A DNA stretch of 64,000 nucleotides from Chiloscyllium plagiosum (taxonomy: Eukaryota). The stretch is taken from positions 2,685,984 through 2,749,983 of the forward strand of contig NC_057751.1 of the NCBI RefSeq assembly GCF_004010195.1, written 5' to 3'. Of this stretch, positions 26,081 to 39,721 are shown piece by piece (the stretch's first letter is position 1; the number at the start of each line of letters is the position of its first letter). A program made the position numbers and the translations under genes. The notes below the pieces were generated by a model. The model was not told where the DNA came from. It searched no databases and saw only the letters and a program-made list of their open reading frames with translations.

Positions 26081-26299
26081 TCATAAAACAAAATCATACT
26101 TCTGATAGTGTGAAAGAGTCAGCTGATATTTAAAAATTCCTACACTGCTCAAAGATTAATTGGCTCACCGCTGGTGATTTTTTAAATATCTATTCTGACA
26201 ACTCATGTTTTGCAGTTTATTGCAGGTCATTCTGATTGATCTGAAAGCAATGTTTGTCTGAACAATGTTGGACTGCCTATCTTGACACTATCGTCTGAT

Positions 26300-26425
26300 T
26301 GGGAGAAAGTGAGGACTGCAGATGCTGGAGATCAGAGTCGAGAGTGTGGCACTGGAAAAGTGCATCAGGTCAGGCAGCATCTGAGGAGCAGGAGAGTCAA
26401 CGTTCAGGCATAAGCCCTTCATCAC
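26300..26425 (-). mobile_element. Penelope pLTR, family A (solo)
   Basis: ggagaaagtgaggactgcagatgctggagatcagag...gcataagcccttcatca, nearly identical to the terminus at 32917-33045. Confidence 0.85.
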
Positions 26426-26748
26426 AAATGCAGGGGGAGCCCAAGGTGCTCATCAACATTTCAACTCAAGAGTGCATCAGTCCCACAGTCAGTTCACCGA
26501 GAGTCTTGTGAACCTCTTTCAGGATTTCAAGGTCAGACTTTTCTGGACAGATAACAGGTCAGTTTGATGAACTCTTGCACCACCTTCCATTGAGTAACAT
26601 TTGCTGGACTTGATACTGTTGACGAGTGATTTTGAGGTTGCAAGGTTATGAGTTTCTTAAAGCTATTAGTAATAGATCTATAAATAATCCATTCTGCTGG
26701 AAAGGAGCTCAAGTGTATGAGTGCAATTGTGAGATTTCCTTCCTGATC

Positions 26749-27401
26749 AAAGTTTGTGAGAAGATTTGTAGCTCGGGTGCTCGTTGCTGTGGTTCTGTTC
26801 GCCGAGCTGGAAGTTTTTGTTGCAAATGTTTCGTCCCCTGTCTAGGTGACATCCTCAGTGCTTGGGAGCCTCCTGTGAAGCGCTTCTGTGGTGTTTCCTC
26901 CGGCATTTATAGTGGCCTGTCCTTGCCGCTTCCGGTTGTCAGTTTCAGCTGTCCGCTGTAGTGACTGCACAAAACACTATATAGGACAAACAGGAAGACA
27001 GCTAACGATCCGCATCCACGAACATCAACTAGCCACGAAACGACACGACCAGCTATCCCTAGTAGCCACACACGCAGATGACAAGCAACATGAATTTGAC
27101 TGGGACAACACTACCATTATAGGGCAAGCGAAACAAGAACAGCCAGGGAATTCCTAGAAGCTTGGCACTCATCCACAAACTCCATCAACAAACACATAGA
27201 CCTGGACCCAATATACCGGCCACTACAGCGGACAGCTGAAACTGACAACCGGAAGCAGCAGGGACAGGCCACTATAAATGCCGGAGGAAACACCATAGAA
27301 GCGCTTCACAGGAGGCTCCCAAGCACTGAGGATGTCACCTCAACAGGGGACGAAACGTTTGCAACAAAAACTTCCAGCTCGGCGAACAGAACCACAGCAG
27401 C
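26749..27401. mobile_element. Penelope-like element, family C: inverted pLTRs around a + strand GIY-YIG fragment, 13-bp TSD
   Basis: CSDCTKHYIGQTGRQLTIRIHEHQ. Inverted arms of about 180 bp. TSD ttccttcctgatc at 26736-26748 and 27402-27414. Confidence 0.93.
27323..27362 (+). ncRNA. Minimal type-I hammerhead ribozyme motif (family C pLTR)
   Basis: gca-CTGAGGA-t-GTCaCCT[caac]AGGgGAC-GAAA-cg-TT-tgc: stem I gca/tgc, stem II 6 bp with one mismatch, GUU triplet. Confidence 0.7.
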
Positions 27402-27628
27402 TTCCTTCCTGATCGTTATCGATGAAAATTTCTTGCATTGAAGCATTTGCTATTGGTTCTGGTTGAGCTATTTGCGCAAGTATTGTGATCGCGGCAGTTT
27501 TCTCAAAGAAGCAAAAGGAAAGCCACAAAGAATAGAATTCGTCCAGCAAAATGGATTGAAGTTTCCCACACAAACTTCAGTTTTTAAAAAGAGAAATGAA
27601 TCTGTGAGAAAAATATACTGCTGTTGAT

Positions 27629-28776
27629 TGTTATGACTCACTGGGGTAGTACACTTGAAATCAAGGCCTGCCATTCCCCAATTGGTCACAAATGTTAAAG
27701 ATTTTATTAAAGTGCACACTGTCCTCAGTCTGCCTGGTTGACAGCACAGACCAGGTTTCTGTACTTAACCAGAATTACTGTTCATTACAAATAAATTGAT
27801 TCTACCTACAGTAAAAAGCTATGAAACTGTTAACACATATCTTCACTGTTAAAACCCAAATCCCTTATCAGCCTCACCTTACACATACATACAAAGTCAG
27901 ACAGATAAAAATAAATAATGGAGGGAAAATAAACTAGGACAGATGTTCAATGGCCCTGGTCCACAGGGTTCACAAGCCTTTTGCTTGCCAAGACTTGCTA
28001 TTCTTCAATCTCTTTGCCCAGATACTTGTCACTTATTTGCAGGAGGCACAGAATGACTAGTTCACAAATTATAAAGCCCCTGACTTATTCACTAGATTAG
28101 GGAGGTCCAAAACTAAAGGGCATAGGTTTAAGGTGAGAGGGCAAAGATGTACAAGGGACCTAAGGGGCAACCTTTTCACGCAGAGGGTGATGTGTGTATG
28201 GAATGAGCTGCCAGAGGAAGTGGTGGAGGCTGGTACAATTGCAACATTTAAAAGGCATCTGGATGGGTATATGAATAGGAAGGGTTTGGAGGGATATGGG
28301 CCGGGTGCTGGCAAGTGGGACCAGATTTATTTCGGATATGTGGTCGGCAGAGACAAGTTGAACCAAAGGGTCTGTTTCCATGCTGTATAGCTCTGACTCT
28401 GTAAGAGACTGTTTCTATCTGCTCTGTTTCACTTCTTCAGAATAAGTTTCCCTTTCACCACCTGCATTGAACCATAGATTAATCTTTATGTTCTTATGCA
28501 GTTGCCCTGGTCTCAGATGGGAAATGTATTGGCTAATTTAAAAGTTGGAGCATTGGCTAACACAAGGCATAACTGAAAGCCAGGGTAGCAATGATATTCC
28601 AAGGCTTTCAGCCTTGTGGTTAAAACTGGCATTAGCAAAATATCATTCAATTAGCACTCCATTCTTCATGGCCAGCCAGCTGTTGTGCGATACACATTTA
28701 ACCAAATTTAATTTCACATCCAATGTGACTTTAACAGCAACATGCTGAACCTTGAACACACCAGGTTGTCATGAAA
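27629..28776. mobile_element. Possible old solo LTR interrupted by CR1
   Basis: Starts tgttatgac and ends gtcatgaaa (imperfect terminal inverted repeat); no TSD seen. Confidence 0.3.
28095..28400 (+). mobile_element. CR1 3' end
   Basis: Nearly identical to 275-580 (DLRGNLFTQRV..VWNELPEEVVEAG). Confidence 0.93.
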
Positions 28777-28964
28777 TATCTTTTTTTCTGACACTTCCGC
28801 AGGTGCCAATACTGACTCTCAGATGCTCGAGAAACAGATTTGTTCTCTGTGTCAGTGAGACACTTATACAGGATTTCACAATCTCATGTCTCGAATATCT
28901 CCTCAGTCAAATTCTCCAGTTCGCTCCTGACTAACCTCCTGTCAGCTGCCCCTCCTTGCTGGTA

Positions 28965-29360
28965 CTCATGCCTCTGAATCAGAAGACTCACTTCAAGGCT
29001 TGAGCACAAAAGGTAAAGATGGCACTTCAGGATAGGACTGAAGGAATTCTCTGTCACAGGTCATAGGTGCTGTACTTTGGTTGCAAATTTCAACCAGGTC
29101 CCAAGTGGGTGCAAAAAATCCCCAGTACAATTTTGGAGAAGGGCTAAAGAATTCTGTCCAGCATCTAAACCAAAATTTATCCATCAATGAACATCACAAA
29201 AATAAATTATCTGAGTCATACTGCTGTTTGAAGGAGTTTGCAGTGCAAATAGTAGCTGTGCATTCCTACAGTGATGACACATCAAAAAGTGCTTTTTTGT
29301 TGTAAAGCTCTGTGAGATATATAGTGGTTATGAAAAATGCTGCATTCATCTAAGTTTTTT
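28965..29360 (+). mobile_element. Degenerate Deu-domain SINE
   Basis: tactcatgcctctgaatcagaag head; aaatcccagtac...gaagggc...aaaatttatccatcaa...attatctg...tgtaaagc. Confidence 0.6.
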
Positions 29361-30249
29361 CACAATCTTTAAAATTTAGCACGTCTGAAACTCCGTCGCC
29401 CTTATTCTAACTCACACCAAATCCAATTCAGAGCTGTGCTTACAACCTTGACTCATGTGTGGCAAAAACCTTGTATTTAAAGTTTTCTTCTCCTGCTTCA
29501 CATCTCCTCATTTCCTTAACCTATCATAGTTTCTACCAGATCTTCAGGTAGAAACTTCGCAGGCACAAAATGACATGGGCACTGGGGAGAAAGTTGGGGA
29601 AAATCATGTGAGATTGGCAGCAAGGAGATTCCTGACATGGAAAGCAAGAATGCCCATTTTCCAACCAAGTGTTTAGTGACAAGTTGAGATTCTCACTCAT
29701 GAGTGGTGAGGCCTCTTAGCATGCTTTAACATCTTAATTATTACATCACCTTGCCTATTGGGATGCAATTTCCCATTCTCCCGACTACAAATAGATGGCA
29801 GCAGTTTCCAACTGGAAAATCAGAGCAGTAACATGGTGACTCCCAACTTGCCCATTGATCCTCTGCTGCTCAATCTTGGACACCTGGCACCAACATCTCA
29901 GAGTATGCAACCTGGGCAGGGACCTTTATGAGGTGTCAGTTCCCCTTTATCCAACATATCTGCGATTGAAAGGAATCACACAAGGTAGCTGCAGACTGTC
30001 AGCACTTGACTGAGTGCAAGGCTAAACGCGAAACTTGGCATTGGCACCAGTAATCCTGAGAAGTCTTGGCAGTGACCAGGATTTGTCCCTGTGAAAATAC
30101 GAGAAGCAGGGTAGGAGTGTGGTATATTGGGGATGAGGTGAGTTTGAAAAAATCATATGAGAAATCTGCAACATCACATGAAGAGAAATTCAGCATGGGA
30201 CTCAATACAATTAATACTTGGCTGATTTCTGGTAAAATTTAGCACTTTG

Positions 30250-30870
30250 GACTCCTCCAATTCAGACTTCTTCTGGATCCCCACTTTTAATCACCACTCA
30301 ATTGACAGCCTGCCTTCGGCTGCATGGGCCATACCTCCTTTTGCTGGCAACTTAGCTGGTCACCAGCTCCGTGCCCTCCAACATAATGTGTGTGGACAGT
30401 TCCTCAGGGAACAGCAGGCACACAGCAGTCGAGGTCTCCAGGTGATGCTGCACTTTTACAATGTGCCAGGCAGGCAGCCTCGCCAGTGATGTGCTTGAAA
30501 ATATCACTGACAAGCAAGTTCCTGATGCTCATGGCTCCAGAGTAAATGTGGGTGTCAGTTTTGTAAATGTAGATGGAGTAACTCTCCTGCACAGACTTGC
30601 TCCAATTCTGGCTGGTCTTCAAGGACAGCTTATTCAGGACATTCTTGATGCCCTTCTTCAGAATTCCCTCCTGAAACCTCTTGATTCCCTGTTTCTCCTC
30701 CATCAAGTGTATCCTTAAAATCTTACTTTTTGACCAAGCTTTTGGTCACTTGTCAGAATGTCTGCTTCTGCTCGTCAATGTTATATGTTACTCCTGATAA
30801 TGTTCCAGTGAGGCACCTTGAGATGATTGACTGCACTGGAGGCTTTATATAAATACAATCTGTTGTTGTT
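30250..30870 (+). mobile_element. L2 3' end split by the H2B insertion (L2 at 30250-30338 and 30659-30870)
   Basis: ctcctccaattc...gccttcggctgcatgggcc | gaattccctcc...tttgaccaagcttttggtcac...tatataaata is contiguous in the L2 copies at 43140-43575 and 63080-63325. Confidence 0.7.
30339..30660 (-). pseudogene. H2B: Histone H2B pseudogene
   Basis: KKG.K...[31 protein letters not shown], then after frameshifts [32 protein letters not shown] (canonical [33 protein letters not shown]). Has an internal deletion, frameshifts and a stop. Confidence 0.9.
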
Positions 30871-32269
30871 TTAATGCCATCTGTAAACTGAACAAGGGAA
30901 ATATTTTGGCAGGTTGATATGATGAAGAGACTTGGAAACAGCCAAGCAGAGGATCAGGAATCATCGTCCTGCACTGCTGTTTGTGAAGCTGTGACAGTAA
31001 CCTGCAATTTGATAGGATTACAACCCATTTCCTGTTGTGCGCCTGTGGAAAGCTCAAAAAGGAATTGAACTGAAATCGTTTTTCAAATTGGCTCAATTTG
31101 AATAATGACCATCCATCTTCTATGTTAAAAACTCTGGTGGGGGGAATGACATATTGCACTCTTCATATCCTGATGAACGATGTACATACACTGCCACACC
31201 ATTGCCAATTTTTCTGTTTGTCTTTCAGGTGACCAATGTCCACAATATTTTTGCTTTTAACATCAGTATCCAGCAGACTTCCGTGAGAAAATATTTTGAA
31301 ATATTCCCAATATTTTGAATGTTAATTTTCTATTTTGGAAGGGTTACTGTTAAGGTCAGTTATCTTCTAAATAGAGAGTTGAGTTAATATTACAATTCCG
31401 ATTTATGACTTAACTCTCACCTAAACATTTTTATATAAGCACCCATCATCACACGAATAGCCCATGCTTTGAAAGTAACCGTTACCATGGAGATGACTTT
31501 TCTATTGCATTGACTACTGTTGACATTCATAATGAGTTTGTCAAGGAGTAAAAAAGATTTCAGTCTCAGCACAGATGAGTAAAAATTTGCCAGAATAAGC
31601 AATTCTGCTGCAGTGCATTTTAGAAAAGCACTAATTTAATGGAGGCTTCGAATAGTATTGTACAGAATGATAATGCTCAACACATTGACGAAGATGGTTT
31701 GACAAGTGTTGGGTATTCAATTATTCTTCATTAGCAGTAGTCTCCTCAGCATGCAGTGACCTCATCCTTAGCATTCAAAAGCAATGGTTACTTGTTATAT
31801 GAGTTGTTAATTTATACATAAGGTCCTGGTTTGCCTTTGGACTGCAATTATTAGCAAAGTAAGGATAGTTAATAAATTATATCCATCCGGAAATTGCTGC
31901 TGGCAACTCTGGAAGACTGATGATGAACATGTTTCAATAACATTGCTGTTACCTGCCATTTTAATGTAAACATTTCAGAATTAATTTTATCCGATGCAAA
32001 CAGTTACAAGATCTCACATGAATTATTCATACTGCCTTCACACAGTTTTCTTCTGGGTCAGGAGCAGCAAAGTGCTTCTCCAGAAAATGGCAATCTCCCA
32101 ACCCTTATAGGGAAGAGGTTGGACCCAATGCTGTGTGCATTGGACCCGGTTTGCACAATTGCAGCACTGAGTTAAAATCCACACCTTTGTTCCCAATATC
32201 TGGAAAGCTCTGAGCAGCTGTGGCCACCACACTTCAGGAAGAAAATCTCGATCTTGGAGCCAATGCATT

Positions 32270-32720
32270 GTCAATTAACCAGGTGGATATCTGGAGCCTG
32301 GGTTATATCAAAGGGCAAGTTGAACAAATGAGGAATATTACCTGGAATTTAGAAGATTGAGATAATTTCATGAAAGTTTTTGAGTTATTAAGGGGAACAG
32401 ATAGGGGAGATAAAGGAAAATGATTTCATGATTCTTGGGGAATATTGGACTAGAGGACATTTTCCAAAAACTGAGCCAGATCTTTCAGGACACAGAAACT
32501 GTTCTTTACTGAAAAGGTGAGAAAAGATTTGAGCTACCTTCTGAAGCCAACAATTGACATAAATTCAAATGATAATTTTATGTTTGACGTAGGTAGATTT
32601 TTGTGAACTAACAGTAGCGAGAGATGTGAGGGTAGGACAGAGAGATCACTGATCAGTCATGATTTCATTGAATTGCACCAAAATAGGCTTGAGGGAATGC
32701 AATGATATCCTACTCCAAAG
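32270..32720 (+). mobile_element. Highly degenerate CR1 3' end
   Basis: cctggaatttagaagattgaga...ggactagaggacat...gtagatttttg. Confidence 0.55.
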
Positions 32721-32912
32721 CGTTTCAGGGAATCTGAATTTCTATAGCAACGTAAATGCCTTTTCATGTCTAAAGCTGTTGAAACTGATTGTGGAAGCTC
32801 CTGTGTTCTCTCCAGCACATGACTAACCAGAAATCTATCCCACTCTTAGTACTTGGCCTTGGCCTGTGTTCAAAGAATTTGCCAGATGATAGTTAACTTG
32901 CATGACAATCCT

Positions 32913-35119
32913 TTGAAGAGAAAGTGAGGACTGCAGATGCTGGAGATCAGAGTCTGGAGTGTGGTGCTGGAAAAGCACACCCGTTCAGATAGCATCCGAA
33001 CAGCAGGAAAATCAATGTTTCGAGCAAAAGCCTTTCATCAGGAATGAAGCGCGTGGGCTGTGTGGGAGTGGGGAGGGGGGGGCGGGTTGGGCTGCTGAGA
33101 GATAAGAGGGTGTTGGGGGAAGAAAACTGAGAATGTGATAGGTAGATGGAGGTGGGGGAGAAAATTATAGGTCAGAAAGGAGGGTGGAGCGGATAAATGG
33201 GAAAGGTGATGCATAGTTCATGAGGGCGGTGTCGACTTAGAGGCTTGGGCCTGGGATAATGTGGGGGAGGGGAAATTAGGAAAATGGTGAAATGCACATT
33301 TATCCCTTGTGGTTGCAGGGTCCCAAGGCGGAGTATGAGGCGTTCCTCCTTCAGGTGTCGGGTGGTAACAGTTTGGCGGTGAAGGAGGCCCAGGACCTGC
33401 ATGTCCTCGGCAGAGTGGGAGGGGGAGTTGAAGTGTTCAGCCTTGGGGCAGTGGGGTTGGTTGGTGCGGGTGTCACAGGGATGTTCGCTGAAATGATCCG
33501 CAAGTTGACGTCCTGTCTCCCCAATGTAGAGAAGACCACATTGAATACAACGGATGCAGTAGATGACATTGGTGGAGGTACAGGTAGAAATCTGTTGGAT
33601 GTGGAAGAATCCTTTGGGTCCTTGGACGGAGGTGATGGGGGAGTGTGGGCACAGATTTTGCACTTCCGGTGGTGGTAGGGGAAGACATCAGGAATGGGGT
33701 GTGAGCTGGTGGTGGCCATGGATCTGATAAAGGAGTCACGGAGGGAATGGACTCTCCGGAACGCTGATAGGGTGGGGAGGGAAATATGTCCCTTGTGAGG
33801 GGGTCTGTGGTGCAGTAAGTGGAGGAGATGCACTAGAGGGTACCGTCAACCACGTGGAAGGGGTAATTGCAATCTTTGAAGAAGGAGGCCATCTAGGATT
33901 TTCTAAGGTGGAATAGGTCATCCTGGGAACAGATGCAGCAGAGGCAAAGGAATTGGGAATAAGGGATGGCATTTCTACAGGAGGTAGGATGGGAGGAGGT
34001 GTAGTCTAGATAGCTGTGAGGGTTGGTGGGTTTGTAGTAGATGTCCGTGGTTAGTCGGTCACCTGAAGGAGAGATGGACAGGTCCAGGAAGGGGATGGAG
34101 GTGTCCAAGATGGTCCAGGTGAATTTGAGGTCAGGGTGAAAGGTGTTAATGAAGTTGATGAACTGTTCAACCTCCTCTTGGGAGCACAAGGTAGCACCGA
34201 TACAGTCATCGATGTAGCAGAGGAAAAAGTGGGAAGGTGCTGGCGTGACCGCGGAAGATGGATTTTTCCAGGTACCCAACAAAGAGACAGGCATAGCTGG
34301 GGCCCATGCCAGTGCCCATGGCTACCCCTTTGGTCTGGAGAAAGTGGGACAATGGGAAAGAGAAGGTGTTAAGATTGAGGACCAGTTCAGCCAGGTGGAT
34401 GAGGATGTCGGTGGAAGGGGACTGGTTGGGGCGGTGTGAGAGGAAGATACAGAGGGCTTAGAGGTCTTTGTCGTGGTGGAAGGATGTGTACAGGGACTGG
34501 ATATCCATGGTGAAGATGAGGCTTTGGGGGCCGGGCAAACAAAAGTCTTGGAGGAGGTGAAGGACATGGGTGGTGTCCCGAACGTAGTTGGGGAGTTCCT
34601 GGACTAAGGGGGACAAGACGGTGTCAAGCTATGTGGAGATGAGTTCAAAGAGACACGAGCAGGCTAAGGCAATGAGTTGACCGGAGAAGCCAAGTTTGTG
34701 AATCCTTGTTAGGAGGTAGAATTGGGCAGTGCGGGGTTCACGGACAATGAGGTTGGAAGCTGTGGATGGGAGATCCCCTGAGGTGATGAGGTTATGGATG
34801 GTCTGGGAGATGATAGTTGGTGATGGGAGGTGAGATCATAGCCGAGGAGGCAGGAGGAGGAGCTGTCTGCGAGTTGGCGCCTGGCTTCAACAGTGTAGAG
34901 GTCAGTGCGCCAATCGACCATTGTGCCCCTCCTCCCCCCTCCTCGTCTGAAGGTATGATGGTGAGGTTGGGGTTGGAGTGGAGGGAGTGGAGGACTGCAA
35001 GTTGCAAGAGTGGGAGGTTGGATAGTTACTGATTAAGGGCTTATGCCCAAAATGTTAATTTCCTGCTCCTCGGATGCTGCCTGACCTGCTGTGCTTTTCC
35101 AGCACTACATTTTCAACTC
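32913..35119 (-). mobile_element. 5'-truncated Penelope-like retroelement (family A): RT + GIY-YIG, 3' pLTR, inverted pLTR at the 5' end, 10-bp TSD
   Basis: RT motifs CYIDDCIG, LKFTW, PFLDL, YYKPT; GIY-YIG NVIYCIRC..C.LLYIGETGR. pLTRs at 32917-33045 (-) and 35030-35122 (+). TSD tgacaatcct at 32903-32912 and 35120-35129. Frameshifted. Confidence 0.95.
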
Positions 35120-36396
35120 TGACAATCCTGTTAACACACCTACTTTGGTCATTAAGTGCTGGAGTGTGACTCCAACTCAGAACTTCTGGCGTTGAGGGAG
35201 GATTGCTACTCTCTGTGCAACAAGATCTTCAAATTATGAAGAGTGGACATGTTTTAATAACATTGCTGAAAGAAATAAGGGAGAATAGAATTTCATTTTA
35301 TGAAGAGGCATAGAATGGCTTCCATTAAATAGTGGTGAAAGAACAGTCCGGGATAACTCTTAGACGGGAGAGTGAAACCTCAGGAACTTTCCCATTCCCA
35401 GGCACCATTGCTGATCTGCTACTTTCTCACCTGATCCCCATATTCCTTGATATCCTGGGAGATCAATGCAGATTTCAGTCTTGAATAAAGTCAACAACCA
35501 ATAGTTCACAACTGTCTTGTGTAGAGAATAAATATTTGTAAAATCAGACAGAAGGAAATAGATAATATGCAGACTCAGCAGATATTGTTTTCAGCAAGTT
35601 GTCACAGGCTCGATGGGTTATATTGCTGTCTCCTGCTCTTTAAGCTGATTCTAATTGCTCCTGTTCATGTTGGTGCAGTTCCATTTCATTAGGTTTGGCA
35701 ATCATAATTTAACATTTGAACTTTTTAATGTGTTAATTAATGCCCAATGCTATTTGATTAGGTGAGGATCTGATGCACAATACAAGCTAACTGATATTGT
35801 TGTTCACTCAACCTGAAGCCAGATGGTAAAATAGGAAACAAGTATTCAATCTAAGTTCACAATTTTCTTTTGGAAAATGCAGCATTATGTGAAGTCGGTC
35901 TCAACAGTTTTTCCTCATGTCTTCAATTAATGCCCTTCAGCTGTCCTTAACTTTGATAAAGTAACTCATGTAACATCGACAGTTGTTACCATAGGAGGAA
36001 CTAAGAGTTCTCGTTATTCTAAGCCAGTTAAGCACAAACCCAGGGTGTGACCATACAAAGTCACTTCAAACATACACATGCATTTTTGAAATGAGGGCTA
36101 CAGTGGCCAACGTGGTGTCCTGTGAATGAAGTGTCAATTTATTTTTACCCACTCACTTGCTTTATGTGATCATGTGCTCTGAAGGACCTGTGCATATTTT
36201 ATTATTGCATTTAAAGGGCAATATAAATGCAGGTGGGCTGCTGTTGGACAGAGGACACATAAGCAACTTGGTCATAATACTTTTGTCAGTGTAAAGTCCA
36301 TTTCAGGGTGAGTGCTCTTTCTCTCACTGTCAGTTTCGTACATTCACCAATTGACCATTAAATTTTGAAATCAGCAGGGAGAGGACTTGATTAAGT

Positions 36397-36600
36397 CATG
36401 ATTTGGAGATGTCGGTGTTGGACTGGGGTGTACAAAGTTAAAAATCACACAACACCAGGTTATAGTCCAACAGGTTTAATTGGAAGCACTAGCTTTCGGA
36501 GTGCTGCTCCCTCATCAGGTGAAGGAGCGACACTCCGAAAGCTAGTGTGCTTCCAATTAAACCTGTTGGACTATAACCTGGTGTTGTATGATTTTTAACT
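36397..36600. mobile_element. Palindromic pLTR-only Penelope derivative (family B), 10-bp TSD
   Basis: Inverted arms aagttaaaaatcacacaacaccaggttatagtccaacagg... / ...cctgttggactataacctggtgttgtatgatttttaact. TSD ttgattaagt at 36387-36396 and 36601-36610. Confidence 0.9.
36487..36521 (-). ncRNA. Minimal hammerhead motif (family B pLTR)
   Basis: Minus strand: cac-CTGATGA-g-GGAG[cagca]CTCC-GAAA-gc-TA-gtg. Confidence 0.65.
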
Positions 36601-39600
36601 TTGATTAAGTTAAGTTGATGGCATTGTAAATTGTGAGAGCGAAGCTGAAATAATTTATGAGTTGCTTCCACAAGGGAAAGATTGAATGTCTGGCTTGGAC
36701 TTGTCAGATAAGAGTTTTGCATCATAGTTTTAAAGTTATTTTTGAGTGGAGATGAAAGCCAAAATATTAAAGGATGCAAACACAAAGGGCAGTTTACAGT
36801 TGTTACAATTGTTTGTAGTTCAAACATATGATGTGTTTTTTTGGATGTATGTTACAAATGACATGAGATTGATTTACTAACTTACAGAAATATAAACAGG
36901 TTGCATTTCTGTATTTCATTGTAATTTAACTTGAAAAATTCTCAAGGCCTTTCTCAGGAGAGTTTATCAAAGACCCTTGACCCACCGAGGAGATATTTTG
37001 AGACATGACAAAATGTATGGTCAAAGAAATGAGTTCCCTGTCTTAAAGGAGGAGAAAGAGAAAAGGAAGTGTGGAACAGGAATGTCAGATCTATGTGCTC
37101 AAGCAGCCTGTTACATGACCACCAATGATGGAGTGATTCTAATCAGGGATGATCAAAAGGCCAGAATTACAGATGGTAGAACAAGTGTTGAGTGTTTGCC
37201 CGAGCTCATTGACTGTCACATCCAAGAAGCAGGAAAGATCTGCACCTTAATTGAATGGCGGAGTGGACTCGATGGGCCGAATGGCCTTACTTCCACTCCT
37301 ATGTCTTATGGTCTTATGGTCTTATGGTCTTAAGTCTTCACCATCAATCCTGTCTATCCCTCGAAGTATTTGGAAAATTTAATGAGATCACTTTTCATTC
37401 TTCACAATTTTGGAGAACAAAGGCCCAGTTTTGCCCAGTTTCTCATCAAAGGATAGTCTTGCCATCCAAGGAAAGAGTTTTAGCTCAAAATGGGTGCCAT
37501 TTAAAAAGAAAAATTAAGTTAAGTTTTAAACGTTCATTGAGGTAGAACTGACCATTTTGTCGTCAGTGCAGGAAGGTGATCCTTGTATTATTGTTATAAT
37601 TGTCATATAATCCCATCAAAAATCTAGACTTATCCAACACTTTACACATTGACTTTAGGCTTGTCCAAATGCTTCAAATCCAATAAAGTATGATCATAGA
37701 TGTAGCCACTGTTATATTGAAAGAAATGTGACAGGCAATTTAACACAGCAGTTTTCCAAATTTACCGATGATATGACACCAATATAAACTGTTAATTGTG
37801 ATGTTAGTTGAGGGAAAAATATTGATTCTGATATTATTGGAAATTAATGAATGTCGACACATACACAAATGGAGCAGACATCTTTTGCACAGCAAGGTGC
37901 CATGAAATGAATGAATGGCTAATCACAGTGAATCAGCTACATGAGTGATCTCAATCAGACAAGTTGAGTTGGAAGGGTCAGAGAAATGTGCAATGAAATT
38001 CATTTCATTTCTAAGATTGGACAATTTACAATCCCTCACCTCCCGTTGCCTTCATTGGATGAATAACCAGCTGGTCATCCATTGGCGCCTCTTTGGTTAG
38101 TACTCTTGAAGGAGTTTTTGTGTGCCGGAATGTTTCTCAGTGTGAGACGCTTCTGCAGCATCATTAGACTCACTTTCTCCCACTCTAAGTGTTCAATTTA
38201 AAGAGGAGTTCACATTAGGAGGTAGTTAATTGAATTTGAACGGCAAGGTGCCAGGAGGTACAAATTTCTCAATGAGTTCCACATTTGCACAAAGCTATGT
38301 TTAACTGTACAGCCTGCTAATAATATCAGGATACAAGAGTTCTGGGAGAAGGTGCCCTGAGCCACTCTGTACAATGCCTTGATTATTGCTTTGTGTTTTT
38401 TTATCATCTCAGAATGGAGCTTGAATAATGCAGCAATCTGGTTTGAACACAGAATATATCAGTGTTGTGTCTGAAGTGCTGAGTTGGGGCATCACAGCTA
38501 CAACTGAAGGAAACTAAATCAAAGTGACTGAATAAATGCAATCTCTGTTAGAATTGGGGAGATACAGGACAACATTCTTTTTGTGGACTGTCGAGTTAAA
38601 CATAAATGATATGAGCTGCCAGGCAAAACGTGTACTTAACGAGTGCTTCAACTTCAATAAATCGCCCAAAATGCTCACAGAAACCCAATAAAACAAGATT
38701 TCACACTGAGTCCCAAAAGGTCAAGGATAGATGTTCAAAATTTTGATCAAAAAGATGGGGCAAGTTGAAGGATGAGAGGGAGGAAGAGGTTTGTTAAGAT
38801 CCGAAGCAGCCATCTTGTCACATATAAAGCCTGGAAACCATTTTGAATCTCATATTAGTGCCTGCTTGCTCAGCTTGTACATTCCCAGCGTCAGTGATGT
38901 GGTTGACCTTGCAGCTGTCCTGATACCTGATAGTGAACTCTTTCCCAGCATGGGAATGCTTTTCTTTTACAAGAATCTCTTGTATTCTCATACTTGCTTA
39001 TCAGCTCCAAACCAACACTATCCAGACAATACTCATTATCCTACAATTAACAATTTGCTAATTGTTAAATCATTGTCACCTATATAATCACACAACTCTC
39101 TGTATCTCATAGGAGTGACTTGTGACCATTTGGTCAACTTGTCTCTCCTCTTGAGCTCACCAATAAACAGTCAATAACTCAAGGTTGTGCGGCATGATTT
39201 ATTGTTCCTCTAAATTGGACTGCTACAAGTGAATCACTCACTGCATAATGTATCCACTCCCAACATTTAAGGATGGAATTGGGAGTGATTCCTCATTATT
39301 AAATATATCCAATCTGTGTCAGTGACCTCATTGACTGCTGTGGTTCATCTCCTGACTGAAGAGTCCAAAGCAGGATCAACGCTGATGTTTTTGTTGTTCA
39401 GGCTAATGTCTGCATCCATGCCATCTTTGGCCTTCCTCTGTGGACATACATCTTGCGCATTTGTCAGTCATTAGACAGTCATCGAAACACACTGAACCAA
39501 ATTTTAGAGCTCACCTCCACTTCAGCCAAACAGCTACAGTTCTTTCCCTTGTATTGATGTACTCACCACCTTGGTCATGTTTGACCCGAGATAGTTCCTC

Positions 39601-39721
39601 AGCAAAAATCTATTTGAGAATTCTGAAGTCATCCATACAGGAGATGCAACCTGCCCATCTATTTGGACTTTTCTGCAGAGTAGTCTCCAAGCTGTTGAGA
39701 GCAGTACAATGGAGGACCTTG

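Noticed and set aside
29550..29950. Possible Harbinger-type DNA transposon end
   Set aside because: Only a vague resemblance; I could not find a matching terminal inverted repeat or TSD.
36397..36600. DNA-transposon MITE, CRISPR repeat or miRNA hairpin
   Set aside because: The arms are Penelope pLTR sequence with asymmetric ends and a long variable TSD; there is no repeat-spacer array.
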